In this document: positions 27,667 through 28,781 of the stretch, piece after piece
Layout: every line of letters starts with the position of its first letter
How positions within the stretch are numbered: the stretch's first letter is position 1
Virus record (IMG/VR): IMGVR_UViG_3300032305_001058
Coordinates: 1 to 28,781 of that record
From: a virus
Lineage: Duplodnaviria; Caudoviricetes
Length of the DNA stretch: 28,781 bases
Direction: 5' to 3' (one strand)
Program-made: the position numbers and the translations under genes
Notes under the pieces: model-generated
Seen by the model: the letters and a program-made list of their open reading frames with translations, nothing else
Databases searched by the model: none
What the model was told of the DNA's origin: nothing

Positions 27667-28315
27667 AATCAAGTTTCACTCAGCCATGCCAGAACTGGAC
27701 ATAATGCACCCTTTTCCATCCAGCAGGCTGGTCCCAGACTGGTTCAGGAAGATGAAGCCAGTATCTGATAACAAGATTTCTAGCGTGAAACGCTGTGTAC
27801 CTTTTGTTGATGCGTTGACCTCTGGCTACATCATTCCGCTGCCTGTGGATGTTGTTTACTCTAAGGAGCGTGGCTTTTGGAGTAACGCTGGGTTTGAGAT
27901 TGTAAGTCACCATAACCCAAGCCAAACGCAAGGCGTGGTAACACCGCCAGAGTTCAACACTAAACCTTACAAGTGGTCAAACAATTTCCACATCAAAACC
28001 CCCAAAGGTTACAGTTGCCTGTTCATTCACCCACTAAACAGAGAAGATTTGCCGTTTCATTCTTTCTCAGCAATTGTGGATACTGACACGCACCCAGTCA
28101 TTATCAATTTTCCTTTCTTAGTCAGGGACGATTTTGAGGGCACTATTCCTGCAGGCACACCGCTGATTCAGGTCATTCCTTTTAAGCGGGACGAGTGGTC
28201 GATGTCTGTAAAAGACACTGGCAAGGGGCACGATTATGCGTTAGGACACGAAGTGTTCACCACCCCGCTTGGTTGGTACCGTCAAAAGTTTTGGAATAAG
28301 AAGAAGTTCCAATGA
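27659..28315 (+). CDS. dUTPase-fold-like protein (DUF6065-like), paralogue 2
   Basis: VPDWFRK, KRCVPFVDALTSGY, HPLNREDLPF, AIVDTD, GTIPAGTPLIQVIPFKR; start re-assigned to ATG 27659. Confidence 0.65.
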   Translation: MRKIKFHSAMPELDIMHPFPSSRLVPDWFRKMKPVSDNKISSVKRCVPFVDALTSGYIIPLPVDVVYSKERGFWSNAGFEIVSHHNPSQTQGVVTPPEFNTKPYKWSNNFHIKTPKGYSCLFIHPLNREDLPFHSFSAIVDTDTHPVIINFPFLVRDDFEGTIPAGTPLIQVIPFKRDEWSMSVKDTGKGHDYALGHEVFTTPLGWYRQKFWNKKKFQ

Positions 28316-28781
28316 CTTTGCCAACAATTTTTGTTTCCATGGCTGCCATGGATGACACCGAGATTCTGCCAAGCGTGCTGAATGCTTTGAATTCTGCAAA
28401 ATATCCTGAACGTATCAGGGTTGGTGTCGGGATTGCAGCGTTGGATGACAGCGATTACAAGAGGCTAGTTGCGCTGAATGATGACAGGGTGCGGGCAACG
28501 TTTGTTCGTGTGAAGAAAAACACTTTTGACCATCTTGGTGTAGGCAAGGGGCGTATCCGTGCTGAGGTTCTTTATCAGGATGAGGACTACTTTTTTCAGG
28601 TAGATTGTCACACCCATTTCGCTCAGGACTGGGACGAGTTTATGATTGACCTTTATGCTGGCGCTAAAGAGGCAGCGCAGAATGACAAGGTTGTGTTGAC
28701 TACTTACATTGGTGGTTACAAGTATCAGCCTGAGCGTAAACCGATTGAGGGTTGGGAGTACACGGCTTACCCGTTTTATGA
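28312..28781 (+). CDS. GT60-like (Skp1/Gnt1-type) GlcNAc transferase, truncated by window end (not in ORF track)
   Basis: Manual translation: MTLPTIFVSMAAMDDTE...AKYPERIRVGV...GVGKGR...LYQDEDYFFQVDCHTHFAQDWDEFMI...KVVLTTY; DxH metal motif; ATGA overlap; frame open to the end. Confidence 0.8.
   Translation, partial: MTLPTIFVSMAAMDDTEILPSVLNALNSAKYPERIRVGVGIAALDDSDYKRLVALNDDRVRATFVRVKKNTFDHLGVGKGRIRAEVLYQDEDYFFQVDCHTHFAQDWDEFMIDLYAGAKEAAQNDKVVLTTYIGGYKYQPERKPIEGWEYTAYPFY

Noticed and set aside
26645-28315. Calling the paralogues canonical dUTPases (dut)
   Set aside because: Only motif 3- and 4-like segments are visible; motifs 1, 2 and 5 are not evident

Overview
The whole window reads as part of a tailed dsDNA phage genome with podovirus-type (P22/T7-like head-tail) morphogenesis genes. 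No host chromosomal genes, integrase, RNA genes or CRISPR array are visible. There are three transcriptional blocks. (1) 57-5166 on +: tandem-HTH regulator, dNMP kinase, putative small terminase, two minor tail proteins, lysis genes (membrane protein, M23 endolysin, holin), three tiny ORFs and an ADP-ribosyltransferase-like gene. (2) 5182-23191 on -: Holliday-junction resolvase, large terminase, portal, scaffold, major capsid, adaptor, nozzle, and internal/ejection proteins including a 2005-aa protein. (3) 23221-end on +: collagen-like tail fibre, a Cys-ladder adhesin candidate, two dUTPase-fold-like paralogues, a fibre-chaperone-like protein and a truncated GT60-like GlcNAc transferase that the ORF track missed. 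Leaderless TANNNT promoters, the M23 lysin and the lack of recognisable spanins suggest an actinobacterial host (inference). The best candidates for a new system are the fibre-modification/glycosylation operon and a set of possibly virion-packaged cargo proteins including the ART. All family calls are by-eye motif recognition, not database searches.
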